Source: a virus (Duplodnaviria; Caudoviricetes). Taken from it: a stretch of 38,245 nt of DNA. Below, piece by piece: positions 25,967 through 35,658 of the stretch. A program made the translations under genes and the position numbers. The DNA is taken from positions 1 through 38,245 of IMG/VR virus record IMGVR_UViG_3300048625_000129; one strand, given 5' to 3'. How positions within the stretch are numbered: position 1 is the stretch's first letter; each line of letters starts with the position of its first letter. The notes under the pieces were generated by a model. It made no database searches. It had not been told where the DNA came from and was given only the letters and a program-made list of their open reading frames with translations.

Positions 25967-27814
25967 TTAGGCGATGCTTGCGTTGCCGTAGCAGAACGAC
26001 ACTGCGTTGCGGACAGCGATGTCGCAGTCTTGCAATGCGATGACGCGCACGGTGCCGCTTGTGGCGCCAGCGTATGGGTCGACCATCAAGTCCAAACCAG
26101 ACCAGAAGCCGATCAACAAATCAGCCCAGTTACCGAACCACACGTCGCCGGCGGTCACTTGGTTGGACACTTCGGTGCGGTAGCCGTTCACGGTGTTGCC
26201 TGGTTCCCAGATGAACTGGCCAGTGGATGTGCTGGTCTTTTCAGTGGTCTTGAAGGCGCCGCGTTGGGCTGGGTTCACCAAGTAGGCCAAGTTGCCGATG
26301 TCGGCGTTGTCGGTTGCCACTTCGGTTTCGATGCCAACGACTTCAGCGAACGTGGGGTTCGTTGCTGCGAAGTCTTTGGTGTTGATGCCGCTGATGTTCT
26401 TCAAGCCGGTAGGCTGGTTGTTCGAACCTGTGCCGTACAAGGCAGCAGTGTCGATGGCCAAAGCCAACACGGATGACAAATCGCGGCGCACCATGTTCTC
26501 GACGTCCACGCTGGACTGCAAGATCAAGCGGCGGCTGAAGTCGGTAAAGGCACCCACTGTCTTTGGCGACAAGGTGACTTGGCCCAAAGTCTGTTGGCTC
26601 TCTGTCGGTGCGCCAGATTCAGCGACCCAGTAGGCGGTGGCAGCAGCAGACTGCTTGGGGATAGCGACGTTGCCAGTCAAACCGTTCATCACGGTAGCGC
26701 CGGCGCGTATTGCCACAGCGCGGTTGCGCAACATTTCGATGAAACTGTCAGCCATCAAGTCGGTGGCAACGGTGAAGCCGCCAGCGTTGTTGGTGCCTGC
26801 AGTCAGGTCACGCTTGTTAGCGCGCAAGATCTCGCCTGGCACGAAGATTCCGCGTGATGCTTTGCCGGCAGCCTTGGCGCCAGCGTCAGACACTTCGCGT
26901 TCGAATGCAGCAGCTGCCCATGCGGCTTTGTCGCCAGGATTAGCCAACGCGTTCATGGCGCGCAGGAATGAGAACTGGCGAACTTCTTTGTCGCTCAGGC
27001 CGATGTCGGCTTCTTTGCCGGTGACTGGTTTTTGGTCCACTTTGATTTCCTCTAAGAAAATTGCGCGGGCTTCGTCCATGGACTTGCCCTCATTGATAAG
27101 TTTGCGGCTCAACTCGGAAGCGTTGAAACGCTCACCAAGTGCGCTGATGTTTGCAATGCGGGCGCGTTCGGCTTCAGCAGCCTGCGTAGCGACCACCTGC
27201 ACGTCCACAGCGGGTGTGGTTTGCTCGGTCATGGTTGGTTCCTCGATGGTAACGTCCGCAGGCTGTGCGGATTCCTCAGAAATGCGATGCACAACGACAT
27301 CGCGCTCATCGTCGGTCACAGAGCGACCAATGCCCACGGTGGGGTCGGCCGGCACTGTGACTAGCGATACTTCGTACGGTTCCCACTTGGTCGCCGTAAA
27401 TGTGGACACGCCATCCTTGATGGATTCGACCATCTCGCTGATGCGGTAGCCGAACGACACGTTGCGCAGGATGCCGTCTTGCACCATGCCCAACGCTTCC
27501 TCTGAATCTTCAGTCTTGGCGAAGCGGACACGGCACCATCCGCGACCGTCTTGCAGCCATGCTTTTTCGACGACGCCACGGATCTCGTCCATGTCGTGGT
27601 TGAACAGCAAGGGCGCTGCATTATTCAAACGGCCCAAGTCAGCGGCGCCGTTTTTGTGGCTCAGAACTTCCATGCCGAAATAGCGTTCGACAGGTTCCTC
27701 GCTCGAAAACGGAAATTCGATGATGCGTTCTTCAGCGAAGACGGTGACTTCTTCGACTTGTTGAATTGCTCGCGTAAGCTGCGGCAGCTGGAACCGTTTT
27801 TCGGTGTCTTGCAT
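25967..27814 (-). CDS. Fused HK97-type prohead protease + major capsid protein
   Basis: LLFNHD, VSFGY, EVSLVTVPAD protease motifs; scaffold-like linker; HK97-fold C-terminal half. Confidence 0.92.
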   Translation of the reverse strand: MQDTEKRFQLPQLTRAIQQVEEVTVFAEERIIEFPFSSEEPVERYFGMEVLSHKNGAADLGRLNNAAPLLFNHDMDEIRGVVEKAWLQDGRGWCRVRFAKTEDSEEALGMVQDGILRNVSFGYRISEMVESIKDGVSTFTATKWEPYEVSLVTVPADPTVGIGRSVTDDERDVVVHRISEESAQPADVTIEEPTMTEQTTPAVDVQVVATQAAEAERARIANISALGERFNASELSRKLINEGKSMDEARAIFLEEIKVDQKPVTGKEADIGLSDKEVRQFSFLRAMNALANPGDKAAWAAAAFEREVSDAGAKAAGKASRGIFVPGEILRANKRDLTAGTNNAGGFTVATDLMADSFIEMLRNRAVAIRAGATVMNGLTGNVAIPKQSAAATAYWVAESGAPTESQQTLGQVTLSPKTVGAFTDFSRRLILQSSVDVENMVRRDLSSVLALAIDTAALYGTGSNNQPTGLKNISGINTKDFAATNPTFAEVVGIETEVATDNADIGNLAYLVNPAQRGAFKTTEKTSTSTGQFIWEPGNTVNGYRTEVSNQVTAGDVWFGNWADLLIGFWSGLDLMVDPYAGATSGTVRVIALQDCDIAVRNAVSFCYGNASIA

Positions 27815-27849
27815 AGTTTCCCCAGAAAGCTGGATTGTGTGCTGGGGAA

Positions 27850-27881
27850 ATTATACCGCCAAGTCAGCGATCACTGACTTG
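27850..27881 (-). promoter_or_regulatory. Putative capsid promoter: palindrome plus TATAAT
   Basis: CAAGTCAG-N6-CTGACTTG 27860-27881; TATAAT 27855-27850 on minus strand. Confidence 0.6.
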
Positions 27882-29367
27882 CTGTGATGTCCGATGACTG
27901 ATCGGACGCTTGTGCGGCACCGTTTCCGGCCACAGATCCTGGGTCCGTGTCGAACACCAGATCCATGTCCGAAGCCATTTCCAGTTCGCGCTGGCGCTGC
28001 TGGAACACGTCTTCGATGTCGCCGCCACCTTGAGCGATGACGTCGGCCTGCGTGGTGAAACCACAGCGCACGGCTTCCTTGTAGGCGGCGATCTCTTTGA
28101 CGGGATCGACCCACTGCCAGCCGCGTGGAATCCAGCGCACTGCGCGGTAGGGTTCAGGGTTCAGGTTGTAGCCTGGCAGGCTCAGTTCGCCCGACAGCTC
28201 GGCCAAGTTCAGCCATTCTTCGAAGACGGGTTTGTGAAAATTCTCGATCAACCAAGACTGCAGCACGCGCCAGTTGTCGCGGTCGTCCAGCAAGGCTAGA
28301 CGGCTGCTGCTGTAGTTGGTGTCGCTGTAATCGCGGGACAGCGTGGCGTAGCTCACGCCAATGCCGGCCGCCATCGAACGCAGCATTGCGCGCACGAACG
28401 GTTCGAACTGGCCACCTGGTCGGTTGGGCTTGCTCTCGGTGTATGTTTCACCAGGCTGCAGGCGTTCGATCTTGCCTGGCTCGAAGCTGGTTACAGCCTG
28501 GCCAGCTTCCGTGCCGTCTTGCAGCGCGTCTTCCTCTGGCGATTGAATGAAACCCATACGGCAGGCTTCAGCGCGGGCCGCGATGACTTCGGCTTCGGTG
28601 TAGCCACCCAGGTGGTGCAGGCGCATGATTGCGCTGGCCAGCCATGGCACGCCACGGGTTTGGCCTGGGCGGTCCTGCTTGAACAGATGGATGATCTCGC
28701 CAGCCGGAATGATCTTCCATTCGTTGGACACTGCGCCAGCGCCGAACGGGTAGTCACCAGGATGGCCGCGTCGGAAGTGGTACGCCACGGGACGGCCCCA
28801 GCTGTTGCGCTCTACACCCATGCGGATCTCGTTTCCGTTGCGGGCTGTAATGTTCAGGTTGTGGTCCAGCATGTCCGCTTCGATGACTTCAAGCGCCAGC
28901 GGGATCTTGGACTTGCCGAACGTGTAGTTCACCTTGCGCACGAACACTTCGCCGGATTCGACGATGGCGTGCATGATCTGGCGCTCAATGTCAGCAAACG
29001 ACAGCGACCCGCCTGTGTGGCAGTTCAACTTCTTTTTCCAGTTGGTCCAGGCTGCTTCGATGGCCGTGTTGGTCGCGTCGTCCATCTTGTTGCCGCGACG
29101 CATCTTTACCGCTGCCTGCATGGTGATGCCTTGGCCCACCACATTGTTGGTGATCACGCGGATTGCGTTTCTTGCGTAGTCGTTGTTGCGTGCCAAGTCG
29201 CGGCTTCTGTCGCGCAGCTTGCCCAGATCCTTGCGGATCTCCGCGTCCATACTGTTGCTGGTGGTAACCCAGTCAGCCACCAATCGGTTGTGCATCGCGC
29301 CATCAAAACTGCGGCGGCGGGTCGGGGCAGCCTGTGGCTTGCTTTTGAACCAGTCACGAATTCCCAT
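27871..29367 (-). CDS. Portal protein, lambda family
   Basis: LRDRSRDLARNN, RPGQTRGVP, NYSSSR, WVDPVKE. Confidence 0.95.
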   Translation of the reverse strand: MGIRDWFKSKPQAAPTRRRSFDGAMHNRLVADWVTTSNSMDAEIRKDLGKLRDRSRDLARNNDYARNAIRVITNNVVGQGITMQAAVKMRRGNKMDDATNTAIEAAWTNWKKKLNCHTGGSLSFADIERQIMHAIVESGEVFVRKVNYTFGKSKIPLALEVIEADMLDHNLNITARNGNEIRMGVERNSWGRPVAYHFRRGHPGDYPFGAGAVSNEWKIIPAGEIIHLFKQDRPGQTRGVPWLASAIMRLHHLGGYTEAEVIAARAEACRMGFIQSPEEDALQDGTEAGQAVTSFEPGKIERLQPGETYTESKPNRPGGQFEPFVRAMLRSMAAGIGVSYATLSRDYSDTNYSSSRLALLDDRDNWRVLQSWLIENFHKPVFEEWLNLAELSGELSLPGYNLNPEPYRAVRWIPRGWQWVDPVKEIAAYKEAVRCGFTTQADVIAQGGGDIEDVFQQRQRELEMASDMDLVFDTDPGSVAGNGAAQASDQSSDITASQ

Positions 29368-29930
29368 TATTTGCCCCCAAATCGAACATAGACCGCGCGG
29401 CCACTATCCAAACCCTGCGCCATACGCTTGCGGCGCGTTTCGCGTGCCACGTCTGACTTCAGTTTGGTTTCCAAGGCGATCAGATCGGCCATGGGCATTT
29501 TCTTCAGCGAACGGTTGCCGATGCTGTATTCCTGGACGCTGCCGCCACTGACGCGGGCGCGCATCTCTGCACGAATGGCGTCCAAGTCGATTTCGAACTG
29601 GGTGCGTCCGTCGAACGTGTTGCCAGACGCTGGAATGTTGGCCTGCGTCTCGATCTTTCCGGTGCCGATGGTGTAGCGTTCGATGTCTTTGGTGACGACC
29701 ATTTGCCACCAGTGGCCGTTCACATGCAGCGCTGCGGTCTGCGTTGCGGTGATGGTGAAGTTCCACCCGCCAGCGCCATCGGCTGATCCGGTGATGTTCA
29801 GCGCATCGTTGCCGGTGGCATGACGAAGCGAAAACGTGGCCGCCCAGCCAGACGCGCTGCTGTAGTCGGGGGTGGCTGGCTCGTTCCACTTTACAGTGTC
29901 GCCAGCATAGATCAGGGCAGGGACGTTCAT
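29367..29930 (-). CDS. gpW-like head completion protein with N-terminal beta domain
   Basis: C-terminal QEYSIGNRSL..ADL; between TerL and portal. Confidence 0.7.
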   Translation of the reverse strand: MNVPALIYAGDTVKWNEPATPDYSSASGWAATFSLRHATGNDALNITGSADGAGGWNFTITATQTAALHVNGHWWQMVVTKDIERYTIGTGKIETQANIPASGNTFDGRTQFEIDLDAIRAEMRARVSGGSVQEYSIGNRSLKKMPMADLIALETKLKSDVARETRRKRMAQGLDSGRAVYVRFGGK

Positions 29931-29933
29931 GGT

Positions 29934-31817
29934 TTACCAGCTCGTCATAAAGTTGTTTCGCGCTATTTTAGCCTGTCTGCGCCTATTCTGCGGTTCGGGT
30001 GCCTTTTCTGCCTCTTGTTTTGGCGTGACATTTAGTGACTTTTCGAACTGATCCCAGATGGTTCGGCGGTTGAAACGCGTGTAAAGCCACTGCAATGCGG
30101 CGTAGCCGTAGACCAAAGTGTCCAGCGCTTCGTTGCGCGCGCCCGACTTTTTGACCCACTCGCGTACGGGAAAACCCTTGACGTATCGCGTGATCTGTTT
30201 TTCCGCGGTCAGCTGGTCGAAGTAGTCCCGCGGCAGCTCTGCGTGGAAATGGAAATAGCCTGGGCCTGGCTCGTTCAGCTTCAGCCGTGCGAACACCGTC
30301 GACTTGATGGTGTCCGTGCCGACTGGGTAGACCTCGGCGCCAGATTTGATGGTGCGGCCCTTCCAGTTCAGATCGACCTTGCTGGGTTTTCCGATTGGCT
30401 GCTTGCCGCGTTGTGACTGACCCTTGATGGCGAACACGTTGTGCGCACGTCGGTCGCGGCAGTAGGCGTACACCTCGCTGGTGTAGTGGCCACCGCTGTC
30501 GATGGCCGTGGCCGCGATCTTCATGGGTTGCGCCAGCTCATGCGCCACCGGCTTCAGCACCACTTCGTCCAGCTGTGCCCACAGCTTTGGCTGCGACGGG
30601 TCGCCGTAGATCTCCATGTGGTCAATGATCCATCCTTCTTCGTCGCGGCCCCAGCCCCACAGCGACACCGCCAGCCGGTTGTCCTGCACGTCGACCGAAC
30701 AGGTGACGGCCAGCGTGCGCGCCGGCGCCACGCCTGGTGTGTAGAACTCGACGCGGTTTTTCAGATCATCCGCACCCAGCTTGGCGCTGTAGTCGTCTTC
30801 CCACGTTTCGCCCAGCACCGTGTTGACAAAGGTTTTAAGCAGCGACGGGTCGCCCTTGGCCTGCATGAATTCGGCCGCGATCTCTGACCACGACTTCCAG
30901 CCCAGCGGCGAATACAGCGACGACAGGTGAAAACCCACCGTCTTGCCGTCACCAGGTGCAGTCGCACGCCATTCGCCCTTGGCCAGCATGTCGGCCTTGT
31001 GGCGTTCCTCGATCAGCGTGCCGCAGTCCTCGCAGGCATAGGCCGCGGTCTGCGGGTCGTCGTTGTCCCACTTCAGGTTTTTCCACTGCAGCCACTGGCT
31101 GTGGTCGCAGTGCGGGCACGCCACGAAATACTTGCGCTGGTCGCTACGCAGGTATTCGCGCTCGATGCGCGACACGTCTTTCACGGTCGGCGTGCTGCAC
31201 ATGTAGACCTTGCGCCGTGCGAACGTGGTGGTCCGCTTTTCCGCCAGCTGGATCGGGTCGCCTTCGCCGTCCACGTCCAGCGGGTAGGCGTCGATCTCGT
31301 CCAGGAACAGGTAGCGCACTGGCATCGACCGCAGGCCGGCCGCGCTGTTGGCGCCGCTGATGATCAGCACGCCGCCGTCGAACTCTTTGGTCATCATGCT
31401 GTTGGACGCATCGCGGCTTGAATTGTTGGCGATGCGTTCGTGCAGGATCGGCGTTTCCTCGATCATCGGCGCCAGTCGCTGCTTGCTGAACCGCTTGGCC
31501 GTGTCGACCGTCGGCTGCACCAGCAGCATGGGACCAGGCGCGTGATGGATCACGAAGCCTAGCCAGTTGTTGCCAGTCTCAGACTTGCCCACCTGGGCGC
31601 CGGCCATGAACACCACGCGCTGCGCTGGGCTGCTGGGCGACATCTCGTCCATGATCTCGCGCAGGTACGGTGTGCGCTCAGTGCGCCAGCGGCCAGGCTC
31701 GGCCGACGCTTTCTGCGACAGCATGCGGTTGGCATCAGCCCACGTGCTGACCGTGTAGTCTGGATCTGGTCGCAGGCCGTTGGCGAACGCCGTGCGGTAA
31801 ACGATGGCGCCGTCCAT
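29934..31817 (-). CDS. terL: Terminase large subunit, lambda GpA family
   Basis: TPYLREIMD, AQVGKSE, LFLDEID, STPT, FVNTVLGE, DVQ, RNEALD. Confidence 0.96.
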   Translation of the reverse strand: MDGAIVYRTAFANGLRPDPDYTVSTWADANRMLSQKASAEPGRWRTERTPYLREIMDEMSPSSPAQRVVFMAGAQVGKSETGNNWLGFVIHHAPGPMLLVQPTVDTAKRFSKQRLAPMIEETPILHERIANNSSRDASNSMMTKEFDGGVLIISGANSAAGLRSMPVRYLFLDEIDAYPLDVDGEGDPIQLAEKRTTTFARRKVYMCSTPTVKDVSRIEREYLRSDQRKYFVACPHCDHSQWLQWKNLKWDNDDPQTAAYACEDCGTLIEERHKADMLAKGEWRATAPGDGKTVGFHLSSLYSPLGWKSWSEIAAEFMQAKGDPSLLKTFVNTVLGETWEDDYSAKLGADDLKNRVEFYTPGVAPARTLAVTCSVDVQDNRLAVSLWGWGRDEEGWIIDHMEIYGDPSQPKLWAQLDEVVLKPVAHELAQPMKIAATAIDSGGHYTSEVYAYCRDRRAHNVFAIKGQSQRGKQPIGKPSKVDLNWKGRTIKSGAEVYPVGTDTIKSTVFARLKLNEPGPGYFHFHAELPRDYFDQLTAEKQITRYVKGFPVREWVKKSGARNEALDTLVYGYAALQWLYTRFNRRTIWDQFEKSLNVTPKQEAEKAPEPQNRRRQAKIARNNFMTSW

Positions 31818-32332
31818 CAGTCGAACTTCAGGTCTTCAAGTGCGCGCCGGATCTCTTTGGTCAGCATCTGATGCACTTTGAATTGGTTTGTCTCTGCGGC
31901 CAGCACGCCGGCCACACGGTCGGGCAGGTTCAGCAGGGCGTCGCGCACCTGCCTGGCTGCCTTGAATGATTCGCGCTGAACCACGTCAGCTTCCACCAGC
32001 TTGCCTTCGCGCTGTTCCAGTTCCAGTTCCGCCAGGCGCATCTTGAATTGTTCGTGCTTGGCGCGGGCTTCGGCGTAGGTCATCGGCTCGTCGGAATCGA
32101 CACTTTCCGCCGATGTGTCGATCTCAGGCTTGCGTTTCGACACGTGTGCAGCGGCGCCAGTCAGGCTGTCGGTGTTCTCTGCCCACTCTTTGTCGGCAGC
32201 CTCGACGTCGATCAGGTATCGGCCAGACGGTTTGGCAGTGACGGACTTGACCAAACGGCCAGATTTTATGGCCGCCAAGACCGCCTGCAGCGTGACTTTG
32301 CGGTGTTTAGCGTAGTGACTAGGTGGGATCAT
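31817..32332 (-). CDS. terS: Terminase small subunit (Nu1-like)
   Basis: N-terminal HTH, coiled coil ELEQREGKLV, RDALLNLP; overlaps TerL start. Confidence 0.85.
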   Translation of the reverse strand: MIPPSHYAKHRKVTLQAVLAAIKSGRLVKSVTAKPSGRYLIDVEAADKEWAENTDSLTGAAAHVSKRKPEIDTSAESVDSDEPMTYAEARAKHEQFKMRLAELELEQREGKLVEADVVQRESFKAARQVRDALLNLPDRVAGVLAAETNQFKVHQMLTKEIRRALEDLKFD

Positions 32333-32343
32333 GGGTGAAATAG

Positions 32344-32359
32344 GTTAGTAACCACTAAC
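32344..32359. promoter_or_regulatory. Palindrome GTTAGT-AACC-ACTAAC upstream of terS
   Basis: Perfect 6-bp arms; same arms at 33174-33189. Confidence 0.6.
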
Positions 32360-32360
32360 T

Positions 32361-32420
32361 AGCGATAGATCGCGCGAGCGAATGACCCACGACACCCACC
32401 CCCTCAAAAGGGACCCGCGT
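32361..32420 (-). other. Putative cos region
   Basis: Minus strand GGGTCCCTTTT (lambda cosQ is GGGTCCT) then G-rich ..TCGTGGGTCATTCGC, just upstream of terS. Confidence 0.55.
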
Positions 32421-32445
32421 TTTTCTGTGGTGTAGAAACAACACA

Positions 32446-33120
32446 TCATCGCGCAGTCTTCAGTGCATAGGCCCACGCATCGCGCAGGTTCTGTTCGAAC
32501 TGTGCGCTGACTACCTTGCCGCCGATGGATGTCATGTCGAAGCGCTTTCTATACTTCGGCTGCTGTGCGAAGACCATCAGTGCTTCGATGCGCTTGTTGT
32601 TGTTGACGCGGGCGTAGATGCCTGCACTGCGGCCTGATCCTTTGGGCTGGCCAATGAAATACCGACCAGCCTTGCCACCAGTGTTCAGGTCTGCAGTGAT
32701 GCGCTTGATCTGTGCAAGGCTCACACCACCGAAGCTGTCGCGCTTGATGTTGCCTGTGGGCACCAAGGCTTGGGCACGCACGCCACTGACCTTGCTGGCC
32801 ATGGCCTCGAACTTCTTTTCGAAGCCCTTGATGCGTCGTCCACCGCCTTGCACTTCGAACTTCAGGTATCGGGCCTGCTTGTCCTTGGCGAACACGAATG
32901 CCGTCAGGTTGCGGCGCTCTGCTTTCTGGAACACGAATGCGCTGCGTGTGAACGCATTGGGCCTGTCGAACGATGTGGTGGTGGCCGCGTTCATTTCCTT
33001 GCGCACCGCCATGGCTGTGTTGGTCAGGGCCTTGGCAATGGCGAATGGGGCCTGCCGGCTGGTGAACTGTTCCAGCTTTGGCAGTATGGCCTTGATGTTG
33101 GATTCGACTGTGATCTGCAT
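32446..33120 (-). CDS. Putative tail completion / neck protein (gpZ-like), upstream of terminase
   Basis: QAPFAIAKALTNTA..FDRPNAFT..YL..GGGR; basic protein. Confidence 0.6.
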   Translation of the reverse strand: MQITVESNIKAILPKLEQFTSRQAPFAIAKALTNTAMAVRKEMNAATTTSFDRPNAFTRSAFVFQKAERRNLTAFVFAKDKQARYLKFEVQGGGRRIKGFEKKFEAMASKVSGVRAQALVPTGNIKRDSFGGVSLAQIKRITADLNTGGKAGRYFIGQPKGSGRSAGIYARVNNNKRIEALMVFAQQPKYRKRFDMTSIGGKVVSAQFEQNLRDAWAYALKTAR

Positions 33121-33173
33121 GGTTTGAATGATAGCGCCAGGTTGGAATTGGCGCTGATGTGTTTTCCGTGAAT

Positions 33174-33189
33174 GTTAGTGACTACTAAC
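33174..33189. promoter_or_regulatory. Palindrome GTTAGT-GACT-ACTAAC at head of late operon
   Basis: Perfect 6-bp arms; -10-like TATCAT at 33133-33128 downstream on minus strand. Confidence 0.6.
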
Positions 33190-33198
33190 TTAATCAGC

Positions 33199-33399
33199 GG
33201 GGGTCATAGGGGGTCATGGGGGTCGTCACTTTCCTATGTGCGTACGTGCTTTCGCGTGTTGCCATTTCCTTCTTATATCATTCATATATATATAGTGACC
33301 CCATATGACCCCAAGTGGCCGCAAGCCAATGCCAGTGCGGGTTTGATGGGGGGTCATGGGGCGGGGTCACTATTGGCATTGTTCAAATAAGTGACCCCC
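33199..33399. repeat. Putative replication origin: GGGGTCA iterons around an AT-rich core
   Basis: Seven GGGGTCA/TGACCCC plus one GGGGTCG, both orientations, flanking TTCTTATATCATTCATATATATATAG; right after primase-helicase. Confidence 0.75.
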
Positions 33400-33405
33400 G
33401 ATTTA

Positions 33406-35658
33406 TCAAAATGGTTGATCTTGGTCGCCTGTCTTGGGTGGCACCAACACACGACGAACGCCGTGGGTTTTCTTGGCTGCACCGTTGTTCAGCTTCCTGA
33501 TGATGTGGCCGGCTGTGTTCAGTTGATTGCGTTCTGGGCGCTCGATGCCCACCTCGATCAGCACGTCCAGCACGGTCATCCATCGCCAGATTGCGTTTGG
33601 TGCTTGCCAGTCCAGTCGTGACATCAGTCGGTCTTCGATTGGATCGCGTACCTCGAATTCTGTGTTGGCCTCGTTCAGCTTGGCCATTTCATCGGGCTGC
33701 AGGAACCAAGTTTCGCCGGCCACATACATCTGATGGAACTCAGCCCAGACCTGCTGCATGTTCAGATTGTGGCTGTGGTCGATGTGTTCGCACTCGATGG
33801 TCCAGTAGCGTCGGTTGCCGGTGATGTCGTGCAGGAATTCACGGGGGTTTACGCTGGCAAAGAACACGGTGCGACGGCCGTATTCCGATTCGCGCCTTGC
33901 GTATGCTCGACGCAGCACGTCACGGTCGCGGGTTAGAAACGACTTCAGTGCGGCGATGTCTGATTTGCGGAACGTGGCATCTAGTTCGCCCAGCTCAACC
34001 AGCCAGAACGAACATGCTTGCTTCACGCTATCCTTATCGTCTGGGCGTAAGATCCAGCCGTCCTGGGCCAGTCGTGTGCTGTCTGGCACCAGTGACTTGA
34101 ACCACTTGGTCTTGCCCAGGTATTGGTCGCCCTGCAGCACCAGCACGCCGTGTGCGCTCACACCATCAGCACGGAAGGCTGCCGCGATGGCGCTGATCAT
34201 CCAGCGTTTCATCAAGGTTTCTTTCAGCGTCTGGTCTTGGCCTTTGGCTTTGACTGTGTCGTAGAACGCTTGGGCGCGGCTGACGCCATCCCATGGTTCG
34301 CTGGTCACGTAGTTGATGGCTGGGTTGTATAGGTTCTGGTCGGCCAGGAACGTCACGAAGTCACCGATCTGGCCGGTGGGGTAGTTGAACTTGGCGCATT
34401 GCGATGACAGCCATGCCAGGCTTGCGTTGGCCTTGTTGTCCACGCTGAAGTTCACGCCTGGGATCATTATTTCGTCGTCCTTGCGGATGACGTCGTAGCG
34501 GATTGTCACATCCAGTCGCTGGCAGATTTCGTGCAGGTTCTCGATGGTGGCCAAAGGCTTTCCGCGTGATCCAACGTAAGGCAGCGGGGCTAAGTCCAGC
34601 ACAGCGTTGTCGTTGGCCGGTTCAATGATCTCGCCTGTGTCCTGGTCGATGATTGATGCTGGTGCGCGGTGAATTGCCACCTGTTGCGAAGGCGCCTGAC
34701 GCTTCATGCCAAGCTGCTCTGCTGCATCTTTGGCGGCTTTTTTCATGTCGCCACCGTGATCGTAATAGGCGAATAGGTCGAACGGTCCCACTGGTTGACC
34801 GCTTTCATCGCTGCATAGCGGGTCGCTGGCGTGGTGAATGAAACACTTGTTGGCCTCTGGCCATACGATCACACCTGGCAGCCCTGTGCCGCTGTGTGGC
34901 GACAGATAGCGCTTGCCTTGGCGTTTGTAGCCGTATCGCGCCAGCATTGCTTCGATGTCGTTTGCTGCGTTGTAGGCGTCGATCACGCTTTCGCCTGTGT
35001 GTGGCTGCGATGGTTGACGTGGTGCAGGTGCTGTGCGCTTTGGTGTCCATGGGCACACGGCCTTGAATTGCGGTTTTAGCGCTTCCCAATGTTCCCACAT
35101 CTTCAGCAGAAAATCGGGCGGCTCTGGGAAACCATCGGCCGGCTTTGGGCGTGTCAGCCAGATGTATGGCTGCTGCGTCACCGGATGAATTGATGGTGGC
35201 AGAACGTCTTGGCGCTGCTTTTCAACAGCTGCACGGATCTCCCACACAGTGAAGTTGCCGGTCTGGCCGTCTGGCTTTGGCCATGTCAGTGAATGGTAGG
35301 GCAGGGCCATGCCTTCAGGCACGCGAAACATGACGCGAAACCCGTCTGGCGATCCTTGAATTGTTGGGTAGTTGTCGCGCAATGCGTCCAAGTCCCAGCC
35401 GAATTCCTCAAAGATCTGGCGCGTGGCATTGATGTCATCCACGTCAAAACTGCACAGACGCGAAGGGCCAAGTGCGGCGCCGATGTTCCAGTCTGGGTGC
35501 TTTTCATAGTAGGCACGGGCCTGCGCTGCGTCTGTGATGACGTCGTTGCCCCAGTTTTCTGTCAGCGGGCGTTTGGTTCTGGGTGGCAGCGGGACCAGTG
35601 CAAATTTGAACTGGTTGATGTAGCTGGCTGCGTAGTCTGCGGTGGTTGGGGCGATCAT
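33406..35658 (-). CDS. Bifunctional primase-polymerase fused to VapE/VirE-type helicase (750 aa)
   Basis: NIG..SFDVD, VLPPSIHP (Prim-Pol); GDQYLGKT, ELGELD, RRAYAR, DITGNRRYW (VapE). Confidence 0.9.
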   Translation of the reverse strand: MIAPTTADYAASYINQFKFALVPLPPRTKRPLTENWGNDVITDAAQARAYYEKHPDWNIGAALGPSRLCSFDVDDINATRQIFEEFGWDLDALRDNYPTIQGSPDGFRVMFRVPEGMALPYHSLTWPKPDGQTGNFTVWEIRAAVEKQRQDVLPPSIHPVTQQPYIWLTRPKPADGFPEPPDFLLKMWEHWEALKPQFKAVCPWTPKRTAPAPRQPSQPHTGESVIDAYNAANDIEAMLARYGYKRQGKRYLSPHSGTGLPGVIVWPEANKCFIHHASDPLCSDESGQPVGPFDLFAYYDHGGDMKKAAKDAAEQLGMKRQAPSQQVAIHRAPASIIDQDTGEIIEPANDNAVLDLAPLPYVGSRGKPLATIENLHEICQRLDVTIRYDVIRKDDEIMIPGVNFSVDNKANASLAWLSSQCAKFNYPTGQIGDFVTFLADQNLYNPAINYVTSEPWDGVSRAQAFYDTVKAKGQDQTLKETLMKRWMISAIAAAFRADGVSAHGVLVLQGDQYLGKTKWFKSLVPDSTRLAQDGWILRPDDKDSVKQACSFWLVELGELDATFRKSDIAALKSFLTRDRDVLRRAYARRESEYGRRTVFFASVNPREFLHDITGNRRYWTIECEHIDHSHNLNMQQVWAEFHQMYVAGETWFLQPDEMAKLNEANTEFEVRDPIEDRLMSRLDWQAPNAIWRWMTVLDVLIEVGIERPERNQLNTAGHIIRKLNNGAAKKTHGVRRVLVPPKTGDQDQPF

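Noticed and set aside
33199-33399. CRISPR-like mini-array
   Set aside because: Repeats are 7 bp, irregularly spaced and in both orientations; no cas genes
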